Source of the DNA: a virus
Taxonomy: Duplodnaviria; Caudoviricetes
IMG/VR virus record: IMGVR_UViG_3300011008_000010
Location: 64,001 to 128,000 of that record
DNA: 64,000 nt
Strand: one strand, 5' to 3'
Below, one piece after another: positions 19,547 through 30,700 of the stretch. The translations under genes were made by a program, and so were the position numbers. Every line of letters begins with the position of its first letter. Position 1 is the stretch's first letter. The notes under the pieces were generated by a model. It was not told the DNA's origin. It did no database searches and saw only the letters and a list, made by a program, of their open reading frames with translations.

Positions 19547-20839
19547 ATGGCCGAGAGAAAGATAGCAGAAAACATAAAAGGCGCTGATGCAGAACCAACA
19601 AGTTGGTCGTTTGTTACCCCAGATACTTTGACTCCAGGCGCACAGGCAACAGTACAGAATTTGGGGACACCAACTCGACCAATCATAAAGTTTGGAATTC
19701 CATCTGGTTTGCAAGGCGCTCCAGGCTCGGCAGGTCGAAATGGGATCGACGGTCAAGATGGTGAATCTATTGTTGGCCCAAGGGGTAGAGCCGCAACATT
19801 GAAAATTAATTCTGTTGAGATGTTAGATTCAGATGCAGAACCAGAGGTTGAGAACATCGGTAATGAAACCGATGCAGAATATATTATAAGACTACCTCGT
19901 GCAGTTGGATCTATCCCAGATGAAGAACTTATAGAGAACAGTGATAATACGGTTCAATCAAAAGTAATACAAGAAGCTCTCAACCTTAAAGCAGATTCCT
20001 CTTCTATCCCTACAAAGTTATCGGATTTGGAAAATGATAGAAATTTTCTTTCAGAATCTTCTGTAGAAATTATGATAGAAGATGCGGTACAAGAAGCAAC
20101 AATGGCTGTAAATCCTGTAGACACAGAGATGTCGAATATTTCTCAAAACGCAGTACAAAATAAAGTTATCAACGCTGCTATTCAAGAAAAAGTCGGTATG
20201 ACAATTGAACCTGCTTTGGACGATAATGATGTAATGTATGGCGAAAGAGTTACATTTAATAACAGCGAAAGAGCAATATCTATGGTGCTTACCGGAGAAG
20301 ATATTGAGTCGGTTATTATTTATCAAAATCTTGCAGAACGCATTCCTACAATTGTGTCTGAATTGCCGACAGAAGGGAACACAGAGAAGTTGTATCTGGT
20401 TCCATCTGGAGACAACAATTATTCTATGCATATTTGGATGGAAGTTGACGAGGTTGAGAAATGGGTAAATATTAATAGCGGCGGAAGCGCAAAACCAACG
20501 TTTTTAAGAAAAAGAAAAGAGTTTAACTTGCCCGCTGCTTCCAGTACAATGATCGGGTCGATGTGTTCATATAGCTGGGATATTGAAGATACCAGTCTTA
20601 TACAGGAATTTTACGAAGACGGATTCAGTATAGTCGATGTATTGCCCGGTTTTGTAACCGTTACAAGATCTGAGAACGGAGTCGATTCTTACGATGGTCT
20701 TATTGTTTATACAGACTTTAAGAATGCCGAAGACGATGGCGTGTCTTCTATAAGTGTTTTTAATTGTAGTCAAAAAGACATTTATGTTGATTCCGACAGT
20801 AGTGTTTATTTGAACATTCTTTATATAAAAAATGATTAG
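19547..20839 (+). CDS. fibre-like protein with collagen stretch
   Basis: GxY repeats (GLQGAPGSAGRNGIDGQDG), NxVQNKVI repeats, IVSELPTEG..LYLV module. Confidence 0.6.
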   Translation: MAERKIAENIKGADAEPTSWSFVTPDTLTPGAQATVQNLGTPTRPIIKFGIPSGLQGAPGSAGRNGIDGQDGESIVGPRGRAATLKINSVEMLDSDAEPEVENIGNETDAEYIIRLPRAVGSIPDEELIENSDNTVQSKVIQEALNLKADSSSIPTKLSDLENDRNFLSESSVEIMIEDAVQEATMAVNPVDTEMSNISQNAVQNKVINAAIQEKVGMTIEPALDDNDVMYGERVTFNNSERAISMVLTGEDIESVIIYQNLAERIPTIVSELPTEGNTEKLYLVPSGDNNYSMHIWMEVDEVEKWVNINSGGSAKPTFLRKRKEFNLPAASSTMIGSMCSYSWDIEDTSLIQEFYEDGFSIVDVLPGFVTVTRSENGVDSYDGLIVYTDFKNAEDDGVSSISVFNCSQKDIYVDSDSSVYLNILYIKND

Positions 20840-21784
20840 GTGCTTAATATGTTTTTCCTAAACTCTCAATTCATCGGAGATGTTCATTCGATATGTCATA
20901 CTCCGATCGAATCAGACAATTTTAAAAATATTAAATTGCAGAATGCCATCTTCGACGCTTTCTCAATGACACATGATATATTTTCTACTCCGTCTTCGAA
21001 CTATAATAAGATTTGGGATATAGATACGATTCTTTATGCAGAATTTCAGAATTCTGTATCTGCCGGTTCTGTTGATTGGCAGAAATCTGATACCCCAATG
21101 TATCTGATCAAACGTAGGGAATCTGGCGGAGACGAAAATTCATGGATCACAATTGCAAAATACGATATTATAGATGGCGATTCTGTAAACGAAGCAGGCG
21201 TTGATTTCCTGAATGCTTCTAAAATTACATATGATTATGCCTTTGTCCCGATCAGGAACGGTTCAGAGGGCGAGTATATTATGAATACTGTATACTCAGA
21301 ATTTGATGGAATCGCAATCATGGAACAAGGAGAATACTGGTGGTCTCCTATTACCGATGCATTCGTGAATACAACAAGGAATGTCGAGAAAAACTTTAAT
21401 ACTATGCTTAACAACAGATATCCTATTTCTGTGACAAGAGCAATTACCAATTATGATTCTGGAGATGGTCATGGTATGTTCTTGCCGTTCAACGAAGAGG
21501 ATTGCAAGTTTGTTTCCGAAGATAGTGCAAGAGTTAAACACCAGAGAAAATTTATGGATTTTCTTACAAACTATCAGCCGAAAATTCTCAAGACATTGGA
21601 TGGCAGAATTTGGTTGGTCGATGTTGCACCAAGCCCTTCAGACCAAGCCAATGGGTATTATGATGAACGTTACGTCGATTTCACATGGCATGAAATTGGA
21701 AGATATGATTCAGAAAAGGATCTGTACCGCTCAAACTTGTTGAATGTAGAAGAAGAATTCTGGTCGCAGAACTATGCGGACTGA
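20840..21784 (+). CDS. baseplate/distal tail protein
   Basis: YLIKRRE..WITI and FLTNYQPKILK..DGRIWLV motifs; position before the hub. Confidence 0.55.
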   Translation: MLNMFFLNSQFIGDVHSICHTPIESDNFKNIKLQNAIFDAFSMTHDIFSTPSSNYNKIWDIDTILYAEFQNSVSAGSVDWQKSDTPMYLIKRRESGGDENSWITIAKYDIIDGDSVNEAGVDFLNASKITYDYAFVPIRNGSEGEYIMNTVYSEFDGIAIMEQGEYWWSPITDAFVNTTRNVEKNFNTMLNNRYPISVTRAITNYDSGDGHGMFLPFNEEDCKFVSEDSARVKHQRKFMDFLTNYQPKILKTLDGRIWLVDVAPSPSDQANGYYDERYVDFTWHEIGRYDSEKDLYRSNLLNVEEEFWSQNYAD

Positions 21785-21946
21785 AGATGCGGAGTTCACA
21801 GCTTTAATTGTGAAAATGAGAGGTTGGCAATACCGTAGGGCATACGGAAATTTACGCTTGTGGACTCTGTGTAAGACTAAAGGTGTGAGCCAATGCAGTA
21901 GAGGTTGAAGCAAGAATCCAGCTATTTTAATTGTGGGGAGTGTCAT
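21785..21946 (+). mobile_element. non-autonomous IS605-family remnant with omegaRNA-like scaffold
   Basis: Left hairpin TTCACAGCTTTAATTGTGAA, ACCGTAGGGCATACGG stem, GCTTG/CAAG pairing, GAATCC...GGGGAGTGTCA right end; no ORF. Confidence 0.7.
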
Positions 21947-23939
21947 GGCTACTTATTTTATTACTGACAAAGACATCGAACTTATTACGATGCAGAATCC
22001 AATTAAATATGTTGCACGTTTTGAAGTCTATGATTCAAACGAACAGATCATAGACGAAGTGGACGGCATTATCGAGGCTGGTGATTACTCTATCAGTTCC
22101 GATTCGGATGTGCGGAGAACGGTGTCTTTGACGATTGCACCCAGCCAGTTACATCCACATAATATGATCTTTGAAGAAGGCGGCAATATTTGGCTTGATA
22201 AAACCGTCCATTTAAAGATTGGCATTATTGATATCAAAACTGGAGATATAACATATTATTCTTCTGGATATTATGAGTATACGGATGTTAGTGGACACTA
22301 TGATGTGGCTACCAATAATTTAACAGTATCTTTGAATGATTTCATGGTTCTTTTAGACGGTACAAAGAACGGACAGATAGGTGCTTTATCTACTATTATT
22401 CCTGCTTACCAAGAAGATCCTACGACCGGAGAAGTAATCGAGTATAACTATATTAGAGATGCTATGGTTGCTGCGGTTAGTCAATTGGGAAAAGTCAAGG
22501 AATGCTATGTAGAGGATATTGGAGAAGCCTTTGGTACTGAGAGATTTAATCAGAATTTTGAGGAGTACAGACGCATTCATCCTTTGTGGGCAAGCGTACC
22601 GTATGATCTTGAGTTTGGAACAGGAACATCTGTTCTTGAAATTGTAACGAGTCTAAGAGATTTGTACCCAAATTATGAGGCGTTTTTCGATCCGATTTAT
22701 TATAACTCTTTTGTTTGCCAGCAGATACCAAGTTGTTTGGATGATAAACCTACATTTACAGATGATTTTATGCAATATGTTGTTATTTCTGAGGATACAA
22801 GCGTAGATTTAACGACAGTCAAGAACGTGTGCGAAGTGTGGGGGCAAATTATCGAAACAGATTTCTACACAGAAGACTGCGATATGTTTAATGACGTTGA
22901 AATCAGATGTAATGTGGCTGCTTACGATGAAGACTATAAGAACAATGATAAAATTGCCGTTATGATGCCGGAAGACAGCGAATCAGAGTTATATATCAAC
23001 GTCAATGAACTTGGCAGAGTTCCTATTTATGACAGAAATACCGATAAATTTTATGAAGCAGGAACGTTTTCTAAGAATTACGTATATGTATTTCAGATTG
23101 ATCGGTCTCGCATTGAGGGTGTAACTATTACCAAAGCATATTATATTGGCTCCTGGCAGGTTCATGCTATTGATGCGTTAGTAGATGGGTCTCATAATTC
23201 AGGAACACATACTTGTTCTGACGGCAGAATTGTACAGAAGTATAGCGAAGAATATTTTCAGGATGTTTACAATTGTAAAACGGTTCATTTAACGATCTAT
23301 CCTGATTCTCCGTATACGGTGCAAAAACTCGGAGAGTTATTGGATGTCAAAAGTGGTGATGAATATGACAATATTACGAGCGACTATCTTGCAGAGCAAA
23401 GAGCGATCTTTGAAAATTGGAGAAATTGCAGGCTTACAGATCATATTACTATTACCACTCTTTTGGTCCCATATTACGATGTAAATGTTAAGGTGAACTA
23501 CAGGCCGATAAGAGATGAAGAAGCGCATGACTATATCATTTCTCAAATTAGTCACAACTTTGATTCTCTCACTTCTACGGTCCAGATGTATCGTTTTTAT
23601 CCTTTGTACAACGAAGAAGAAAAGACTACATATGGTTATAAGGGATTGGATGAAAACTTCGTTTGTCTTGGATATCAATATGCTGTTGGCAGTATCTTTG
23701 TGCATGATGGTGAATTTGAAATGTGTGAAGAAGGCTTCCATTTCTGCTTGGATATGAACGATGCGTTTAAGTATTATCCTCCTGAACTTGGGAGTAGGTA
23801 TGCATATGTAAAAGCGTATGGACCGGTTGATGTATCTTTAGATGATACAAAAACGGTATGTAGAAAAATCGAAGTTATTAGAGAGATCCCTTTAGCGGAA
23901 GCAAAATATATTGCAAGACAGACAAAGGGGTTGGCTTAG
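21945..23939 (+). CDS. baseplate hub-like protein with fused C-terminal Cys-rich domain
   Basis: SISSDSDVRRTVSL N-term and VNVKVNY..YIISQISH C-term; the last ~105 aa (YKGLDENFVC..QY..CEEGFHFC) resemble a common stand-alone phage protein. Confidence 0.6.
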   Translation: MATYFITDKDIELITMQNPIKYVARFEVYDSNEQIIDEVDGIIEAGDYSISSDSDVRRTVSLTIAPSQLHPHNMIFEEGGNIWLDKTVHLKIGIIDIKTGDITYYSSGYYEYTDVSGHYDVATNNLTVSLNDFMVLLDGTKNGQIGALSTIIPAYQEDPTTGEVIEYNYIRDAMVAAVSQLGKVKECYVEDIGEAFGTERFNQNFEEYRRIHPLWASVPYDLEFGTGTSVLEIVTSLRDLYPNYEAFFDPIYYNSFVCQQIPSCLDDKPTFTDDFMQYVVISEDTSVDLTTVKNVCEVWGQIIETDFYTEDCDMFNDVEIRCNVAAYDEDYKNNDKIAVMMPEDSESELYINVNELGRVPIYDRNTDKFYEAGTFSKNYVYVFQIDRSRIEGVTITKAYYIGSWQVHAIDALVDGSHNSGTHTCSDGRIVQKYSEEYFQDVYNCKTVHLTIYPDSPYTVQKLGELLDVKSGDEYDNITSDYLAEQRAIFENWRNCRLTDHITITTLLVPYYDVNVKVNYRPIRDEEAHDYIISQISHNFDSLTSTVQMYRFYPLYNEEEKTTYGYKGLDENFVCLGYQYAVGSIFVHDGEFEMCEEGFHFCLDMNDAFKYYPPELGSRYAYVKAYGPVDVSLDDTKTVCRKIEVIREIPLAEAKYIARQTKGLA

Positions 23940-23948
23940 GAGGACGAT

Positions 23949-24278
23949 ATGAGTTATACCCACGAGTTGTCTAATTTTCCCAATACGCCTATTAATCTGC
24001 CAGAATTTAAAGATGTAGATAATACGGTCCGAACATTAGTGGAACAAGTTAGACAATACAGGATGGCAGGAAATTATACTGCTGCGGCAAATTTAATTCA
24101 ACAAAACAATGACACTCTTAGACAGTATAATTTTACTGCTGAAGATGTAAACAGGATTGTTGAAGACATCAGAAACACGCAGTTATATGTGCAATCGAAG
24201 AAACAGCAACTGTATTATACTGCAAGCGAAAACAATTTTGTCGGGTCAGACCAAGATATTTGGATTGGCCCGAATTAA
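23949..24278 (+). CDS. small baseplate-associated protein
   Basis: AGGAGG RBS; SNFP..FKDVD..GNYTAA pattern similar to the next gene's N-term. Confidence 0.5.
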   Translation: MSYTHELSNFPNTPINLPEFKDVDNTVRTLVEQVRQYRMAGNYTAAANLIQQNNDTLRQYNFTAEDVNRIVEDIRNTQLYVQSKKQQLYYTASENNFVGSDQDIWIGPN

Positions 24279-24292
24279 TGGAGGAGGCGGAT

Positions 24293-25207
24293 ATGCCGAG
24301 TTACAATAAAAATAGCGTATTCGCGGTGAGCAGCGCAGGAACCATTCCTAATAAGGTTGATGATCTTATCTTCTTTGAAGACATCAATAAAAATGAGATT
24401 GCTATTTGGAATGAGTTTGAGCGAATTATGTCTACGGGGGATTATGAAGCTGCTCACACTTATATAAAAGGATATGCGGAAGTACATGGATACTTTGGGG
24501 ATTTATATAATTTGATGGTGAACAGAATCAAGGCCGTTCAAAACTTTTTAGTTTTGAATGAAACAAATATAAATAATGCTACCGGAGTATTTGATTCTTT
24601 TAAAAAGCCTGAGATTTTTGTTTATCAACAAGAACCTGACACGCCAAAGGATATTATTAAAGACCAGGTATGGATTGGACCAAAAGGATATTTCGATGAA
24701 GACGAAGCAAAAGAAAGCATTAATAAATTAAAAATGACGTTGGGCAATTATCCTCCGACAACATTATCTATGACCTCGATATGGGGTACAGATATGAGTG
24801 TAGTAATTGATGAAGATGGATATGTTACAATAAATGGCGGCTCTGATTCGTTGACAAGTGCTCTTAATCTTAGGATTGGTCTTGTTCCAAAAGGAGTTCT
24901 TTCTAACGGAGAAATATGGTCATATTGGAATTATTATGTTTCTGGTAGTGTAGAGAATTATAAAAGCGGGAGTTTTGAATTTGATTGGTTTACGCCAGAC
25001 AACAAATCGAAGTCTATCACGCTGCCGACATCAAGAACTGCAAATATGCATGCCAATTTAATTTCTGTTGATGGCGACGACATGGTTGAATTATTCTTTC
25101 GTAAAAAACCGACCGAAATATATCATAATTTAAAAGTTGGTTTTATGATATGTAAGACTTCGGATACGTCGCCGAATCAAAAGTATGTAAAGTATGAAGG
25201 TGCATAG
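24293..25207 (+). CDS. baseplate-associated protein
   Basis: GGAGG RBS; FFEDI..GDYEAA N-domain, beta-rich C-domain. Confidence 0.5.
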   Translation: MPSYNKNSVFAVSSAGTIPNKVDDLIFFEDINKNEIAIWNEFERIMSTGDYEAAHTYIKGYAEVHGYFGDLYNLMVNRIKAVQNFLVLNETNINNATGVFDSFKKPEIFVYQQEPDTPKDIIKDQVWIGPKGYFDEDEAKESINKLKMTLGNYPPTTLSMTSIWGTDMSVVIDEDGYVTINGGSDSLTSALNLRIGLVPKGVLSNGEIWSYWNYYVSGSVENYKSGSFEFDWFTPDNKSKSITLPTSRTANMHANLISVDGDDMVELFFRKKPTEIYHNLKVGFMICKTSDTSPNQKYVKYEGA

Positions 25208-25216
25208 GGAGGCAAC

Positions 25217-26320
25217 ATGGAACAAAAAACAATAACAGGACAGGCATTCCGTGTGCTTACCGATGCAGCCAACGGAGTGTTTCATAAAATTTCTTTGTGG
25301 ACGCATGCCAATGATGTCGAAATGGAAAATGGCGATACGCTTACCGTTGCTATGGAAGACAAATATAATCTTTCTAAAAATGCATTGGTAATAACATCTT
25401 TAAATGATCTCGAAGATGATACATTTGGACAGTTTGAAGTAGATCAGGATATGGGAAGTATTGTTGTAGGCGATGTTACTCTTACGTATAATTCAACACC
25501 ATACGGATATTTTTCTTACTCGTTTGGCAAAAGCGGAGTTGACAAGACAATATTCGTATTTGATTTAAGAAGGACAACTGCTTCATATATAACGCTTGGT
25601 ACGCCATTCTATGTGTTTACGAGGACTGCTGCAAGTGGTGGTTGGATGGGTCATTTGATGACATCTAAAAGAGAATTGAATGAACTTCAATATTATCTTG
25701 AACAGCAGATTGCAAGACTTGAAAGAATTAAACTTGGCTACTCCAGTAAAAGGATTGGCATTGCATCTCTTGATGACATTCCGATGAATGAAGTTGGTAA
25801 GGCGCTTATTACTCAAAGTAAAACAATTGGTTATTATGAGAAAGTATCCAATATTACGACTTACATTCTTGCTGGTGAGTATATGTATATGTCTCACGAG
25901 GACGAGAGACAGCATAAAACAATTGTAATGTTTTCCAATTCAAAAGGCGAAAGTGATCTTTTGATTGGTGGCGGCTATATTTGCACCAATACTGGCATGA
26001 CAGGTGCGCCCTGGATCATAACAAGGATTATCAGTCCTACCGACTTTTCTACAGACGAAACCGGTTTAAGAGAACAAATTGTTGCTTCTCTTACTGGACA
26101 GCTTTGGCCGGTAGGTGCTATTTATATCAATCTTACAAGAGAAAATCCTGGAAATTTCCTCGGAGGTACATGGAATCTTATTACGGAAGGCATTCTTACG
26201 GCAATTAAAGGAAGTCCGGAGCAAACAGGATATCATCAAAGAGACTTATACAAAGCCGTTCAAGATGAAGACCGGGGCGAACATTTGTATGGCGTATTTG
26301 CATGGCAACGCATTGCATGA
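25217..26320 (+). CDS. tail fibre/baseplate protein (gp10-like C-terminus)
   Basis: WPVGAIYI..NPGNFLGGTW...AWQRIA C-terminal signature. Confidence 0.6.
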   Translation: MEQKTITGQAFRVLTDAANGVFHKISLWTHANDVEMENGDTLTVAMEDKYNLSKNALVITSLNDLEDDTFGQFEVDQDMGSIVVGDVTLTYNSTPYGYFSYSFGKSGVDKTIFVFDLRRTTASYITLGTPFYVFTRTAASGGWMGHLMTSKRELNELQYYLEQQIARLERIKLGYSSKRIGIASLDDIPMNEVGKALITQSKTIGYYEKVSNITTYILAGEYMYMSHEDERQHKTIVMFSNSKGESDLLIGGGYICTNTGMTGAPWIITRIISPTDFSTDETGLREQIVASLTGQLWPVGAIYINLTRENPGNFLGGTWNLITEGILTAIKGSPEQTGYHQRDLYKAVQDEDRGEHLYGVFAWQRIA

Positions 26321-26365
26321 GTAAACTACTCGGCTGTAAATAGTCGAGAATTCCCGCCCGATTAA
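26321..26365 (-). mobile_element. collapsed IS605-like mini-element (45 bp)
   Basis: Minus strand TTTAA|TTAATCGGGCGGGAATT-CTCGACT..AGCCGAG hairpin-TAGTTTAC. Confidence 0.5.
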
Positions 26366-26383
26366 TTAAAGGAGACATATAAA

Positions 26384-27739
26384 ATGGCGACAGAAAGAAT
26401 AGTTATCGGTCAGGCACAAAGAATTCTGGTCGATGCTACAAATAAAATTTGGCATAAAATATCTACTTGGACTCATGCAAGCGACGTTGAAATGCCAAAT
26501 GGGGATCCGTTGAATGTGTTTTTGACGGATATGAATGACGATTTAAATGATAAACTGGACGGAAAATATAATAGTTACAACATTGGAACAACTGGGATCG
26601 CCAGTTTAGATGCTATTCCGGAAATCGGTTACAGCAGAATTCAAACGCTTAATGCAATTACGGCTGGGGAATACACATTGCCAGCAAATCATTACTGCTA
26701 TTGCTATTCGGGCAAAGATTCAAACAGTATTGAAAAAATGGCAGTAATGATTGATACGACTGATCTCACTTCCATTGTAATGTATATTGCTCATTATAGC
26801 ATTGAGGCAAGGTGGACTCTTACAAAAATCGCAACTCAGAAACAAATCGATAACTTACAAATGCAGATCGACAATCTGAATCAAGAGTTTAATGAATTAA
26901 ACCTGTTTGTCCAAACTTCTATGGGGACCATGAACGCATGGATTCAGGTGTTGCAAAATCAGATGGATTGGCTTGAAGCAGAGCTTGCAGAATTGCAGGA
27001 GCAGTTGAATGATTTGTTAAATGAGTTGAGAGATTTTAAAAATACAGTTAATGCAAAATTTGGGGAAATAGATAAGATTTTCAAGGGGCTTTATGGTGAA
27101 GTTGGTTCTATTTATCTTACAACAACCCCAACGATAAATGGGCAAATGGTATATGAGTTTTTAGAAGAACATTTTGGTGGAAAATGGGTTTTGGTACAAG
27201 ACGCTTATCTTTATGCTGGTCATTTTACCGGTCACGACGATGTGCCGGATGATTATATCGGAAATTCAGCAATGATAACTAAACCCGCAGAAGACAATTA
27301 TACAAAAATGCGAAATTGGAAAAATGTATTTTCGCCAGAATCGTCTGCTTCTTTTAAAGCAACAATGACAGATCGTATGGCAAGAAATTATTCCCAGATA
27401 TATCAGGGCGTTGATGAATTTAAAATTAATTTTTCAAATCTACCGCAACATACGCACAATTTTGACACGGATGATTTGAGGACTAGAATAAGTTCTTTTA
27501 GAGTAAAAGATGTAAATGATTTTAGCAGCTATTTTATTAATGAGCGATATATAAAGAAGGATGCGATCGGTGGAAAAGACGATGGGTATAGATTTGGTAC
27601 TTATGAAGAAGAAAAATTAATTGTGCCTGGTCAGTGGCTTACTACTACGGGATATATGTATAAAGGAAAAGACAATCCGGATTCGATTAAATTGAATCCA
27701 ACAAGATTCAAAGTTTATGTTTGGTGTAAGATTTCATAA
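26384..27739 (+). CDS. tail fibre/baseplate protein, paralog of 25217
   Basis: Shared N-term HKISxWTHAxDVEM; VGSIY..FGGKW..NLPQHTH..VYVWCKIS gp10-like C-term; internal coiled coil. Confidence 0.6.
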   Translation: MATERIVIGQAQRILVDATNKIWHKISTWTHASDVEMPNGDPLNVFLTDMNDDLNDKLDGKYNSYNIGTTGIASLDAIPEIGYSRIQTLNAITAGEYTLPANHYCYCYSGKDSNSIEKMAVMIDTTDLTSIVMYIAHYSIEARWTLTKIATQKQIDNLQMQIDNLNQEFNELNLFVQTSMGTMNAWIQVLQNQMDWLEAELAELQEQLNDLLNELRDFKNTVNAKFGEIDKIFKGLYGEVGSIYLTTTPTINGQMVYEFLEEHFGGKWVLVQDAYLYAGHFTGHDDVPDDYIGNSAMITKPAEDNYTKMRNWKNVFSPESSASFKATMTDRMARNYSQIYQGVDEFKINFSNLPQHTHNFDTDDLRTRISSFRVKDVNDFSSYFINERYIKKDAIGGKDDGYRFGTYEEEKLIVPGQWLTTTGYMYKGKDNPDSIKLNPTRFKVYVWCKIS

Positions 27740-27766
27740 TAACATTATATTTTAGGAGCAGACCTC

Positions 27767-30700
27767 ATGGCAAAAGTAGGAAAAGTACAACAGAAAAGAT
27801 GGCATTTAGATGGCGGCATTGAGGTCACTTCTATTCAAGAAGACGGAGATCAGAAGCCGTCGATTTATTTAGGTAATTATAACGTAGACAACTCGCCCAG
27901 CCTCGCACTCGTTGCTTATACGGGAAGTTATTATGATCTTGTTGATTATCCGGATCTTAGCAATTTTGTTGTAGATGGGAATTATGTCCATACAGATAAT
28001 AATTTTACAGATGAAGATAAGGCAAAGCTTGGCAATATGTTTAATTATACGTTGCCAATTGCGACAGAGAAATTATTGGGTGGTGTAAAAGTTGGCGATC
28101 ATCTTGAGATGAGAAAAGATCCGAAAGATGATTCTAATAACCCGATAAAAGATAGGTTATCTGTAATAGAATCTGATTTTATTCAAGTTTTGAATCCTAA
28201 AAGCATCGTCACAAAGTTTAGCGACATCCCGTTAGATGCTGCTGGACAATTGGGCATTTCTCCAATATATGCGCCTATCGAAACAGACAAAGATGTTAAT
28301 GGATATTATATTCGTTATAACAACATGGCGTTTTTTTCTCAAGATCCGCAAACAGATACAAAGACTCTCAATGGTAAAACCATTAAAATTGAGCAGGAAT
28401 ATCTTTTGAAAGGTGGTCTTTGGTGGACAACAAAGAATGCCGGACAATGGATAAAAGTTCTTGACCAGTTCAACATCATATCTTTTAACGACCGCGTTGG
28501 AAAAGTTTATCCTGTTGGTATGGATGATTATCTCAATGAATCAGAAGACTATGATGCAAATATGGTCGGCGCTATGGCAAGAAGTGGCCATCCTGGTGTC
28601 TGGACGGTAATAAAAGATGAAGGACGTATTGTTCGTCAGTTTTGGAACGGTCAAACAATAGATTCTCTTAGAACCACTGATTCTGGCTGGGCAAGAATAG
28701 GTTGTCTAAAATGGGATTCGGAAAATAAAAGATTTAAGCCGGATCCCGTTAATTCTCCCACCGGAGGCATTATAAATGGTACATTTTGGAAGTTAGATGG
28801 ACTACCTACGCTACCAACATATTGTGCAAATCCATATTATCCTGATACATATCGCGGCAATGGAAAGGGTTCTTTTTTCTTTATGCCAGATGATCAGGAT
28901 CGTATCTGGGTAAAAAGAGGGAAAAATTGGGAGGATAACGGCTGGTTCTATCTTGAACAACTTCCAATTGCTACCAGAACAAGACTCGGCGGTATTATGG
29001 TCGGCGCAGGTCTTGATATAACAGAGACGGGCGTATTGTCTGTTTCCGGTATTGTTACATCGTGGACTGGCAAGCAAGGTGCAAGACGAGTCAATGAAGT
29101 AGTTGCCATGAATGGCGATTATGATGCAACAATGATTACATTCGGGAGCGAATGGTCAAATACTGCAAATGTAGATTACGAGTTAAAAAGGCTGTTATCT
29201 CTTATTAATACAAAGGCTCCGATTAATTCTCCGGCTTTTTCAGGCAGACCTACGACACCTACGCCGGGTCCCAATGATAATGGTACGCAAATAGTAAATA
29301 TTGCTTGGGTACGAAATCATGTTGCAACAGAGTTGCAAAATGTAGTTGGGTATACGCTGCCTGTTGCTACGACATCCACTCTTGGCGGTATTATCGTAGG
29401 AAACGGATTGTCAATAAATGCGAGTGGAGTGCTCAGTGTTAATTTACCAAGCGGAAGTGGTAATGTTGTTGTAGATACATCTCCTAACACATCCAGTCAG
29501 AATCCTATAGCAAATAGTGCTATTACGCAATATGTCAACAATGTTGATAATAAATTCGATGATTATGTATTAAAATTAAACGGAACCGCTCAAAATCTTA
29601 CTCTTACCGGAAATGCAAAATATGTAACTCTTGCAAAAGGTACGTCAAATGACTATTTAGCTACAACCAAGTTTGTAATGGAGGCCATTGACGAAAAAAT
29701 TTCTATTATAAATGATGGTAGTGGAGGTAGTAGTGTCGTCATTAACCAATATACTCTCCCTCCAGCAAGTGCAAGTACAAGAGGTGGTGTTAGGGTTAAT
29801 GGCGATGGAATTATTCTAAAGAATACGGATCAAATTACTGTTGATGTAGATTATTTAAACAATGGCAAGTTAAAATACATTCGTTCTGAAGAAAATTTAA
29901 ATATTGGTACGCTTAATAGCATTCCAATGAATTCCTCCGGCGTTACAAAATTATCTGCGGCATATGGTCCTACGTCTAAAGATATGACCGGGTATTATTT
30001 AAAATATAATGCTGGTAACAATGTTAGTTCCTATATTTTATGGTTTTGCGATTTTGAAACAAATGATAGTTATTATTTCGTGCATAAATCAGATAATGAA
30101 TATGCATGGAACAAAACGTTTTCTGTCGAGGGAAGTAGTAATTTTGAAGATTTTGATATAACAAAATATGCAAAATTGGACTCTCCTTCCTTTACAGGAA
30201 CTCCTACTATTATATCTGATTATTTAAATGATCCCGGATATAACGGATCTGGCATAGCAACTGCCACATTTGTTCAAACGGCTATCAGTTACAGACTTGG
30301 GCAACAAGATAAAGCATCGGAGTCCAAATACGGCATCGTAAGAATTAAACCAAATGGAGGGATTAAAGTTGATAATGGCGTCATAGAAATGGATGGCGTT
30401 GTATCTTTTAATGGTAGAAATGGCGATGTCGTCCCTGGATCTGATGATTATAATTCTACTCAAATTAAATATAGCGGTAACGTTTCCGGTTCTACTGTAA
30501 AAGCAGCGATTGATAATTTATGGTCAACAAAAGCTGCATCTAATAATACTAAACTGACCGGAGTTGCTACTTTAAATAATATACCAATTGCGACCCAAAG
30601 TTGGGTACAGGCATGGCAACCTATTGCAAGTACATCCAGTCTTGGCATGATTAAAATTGGAAATGGCTTAGAAATAGAATCTGATGGAACTTTGAAAACA

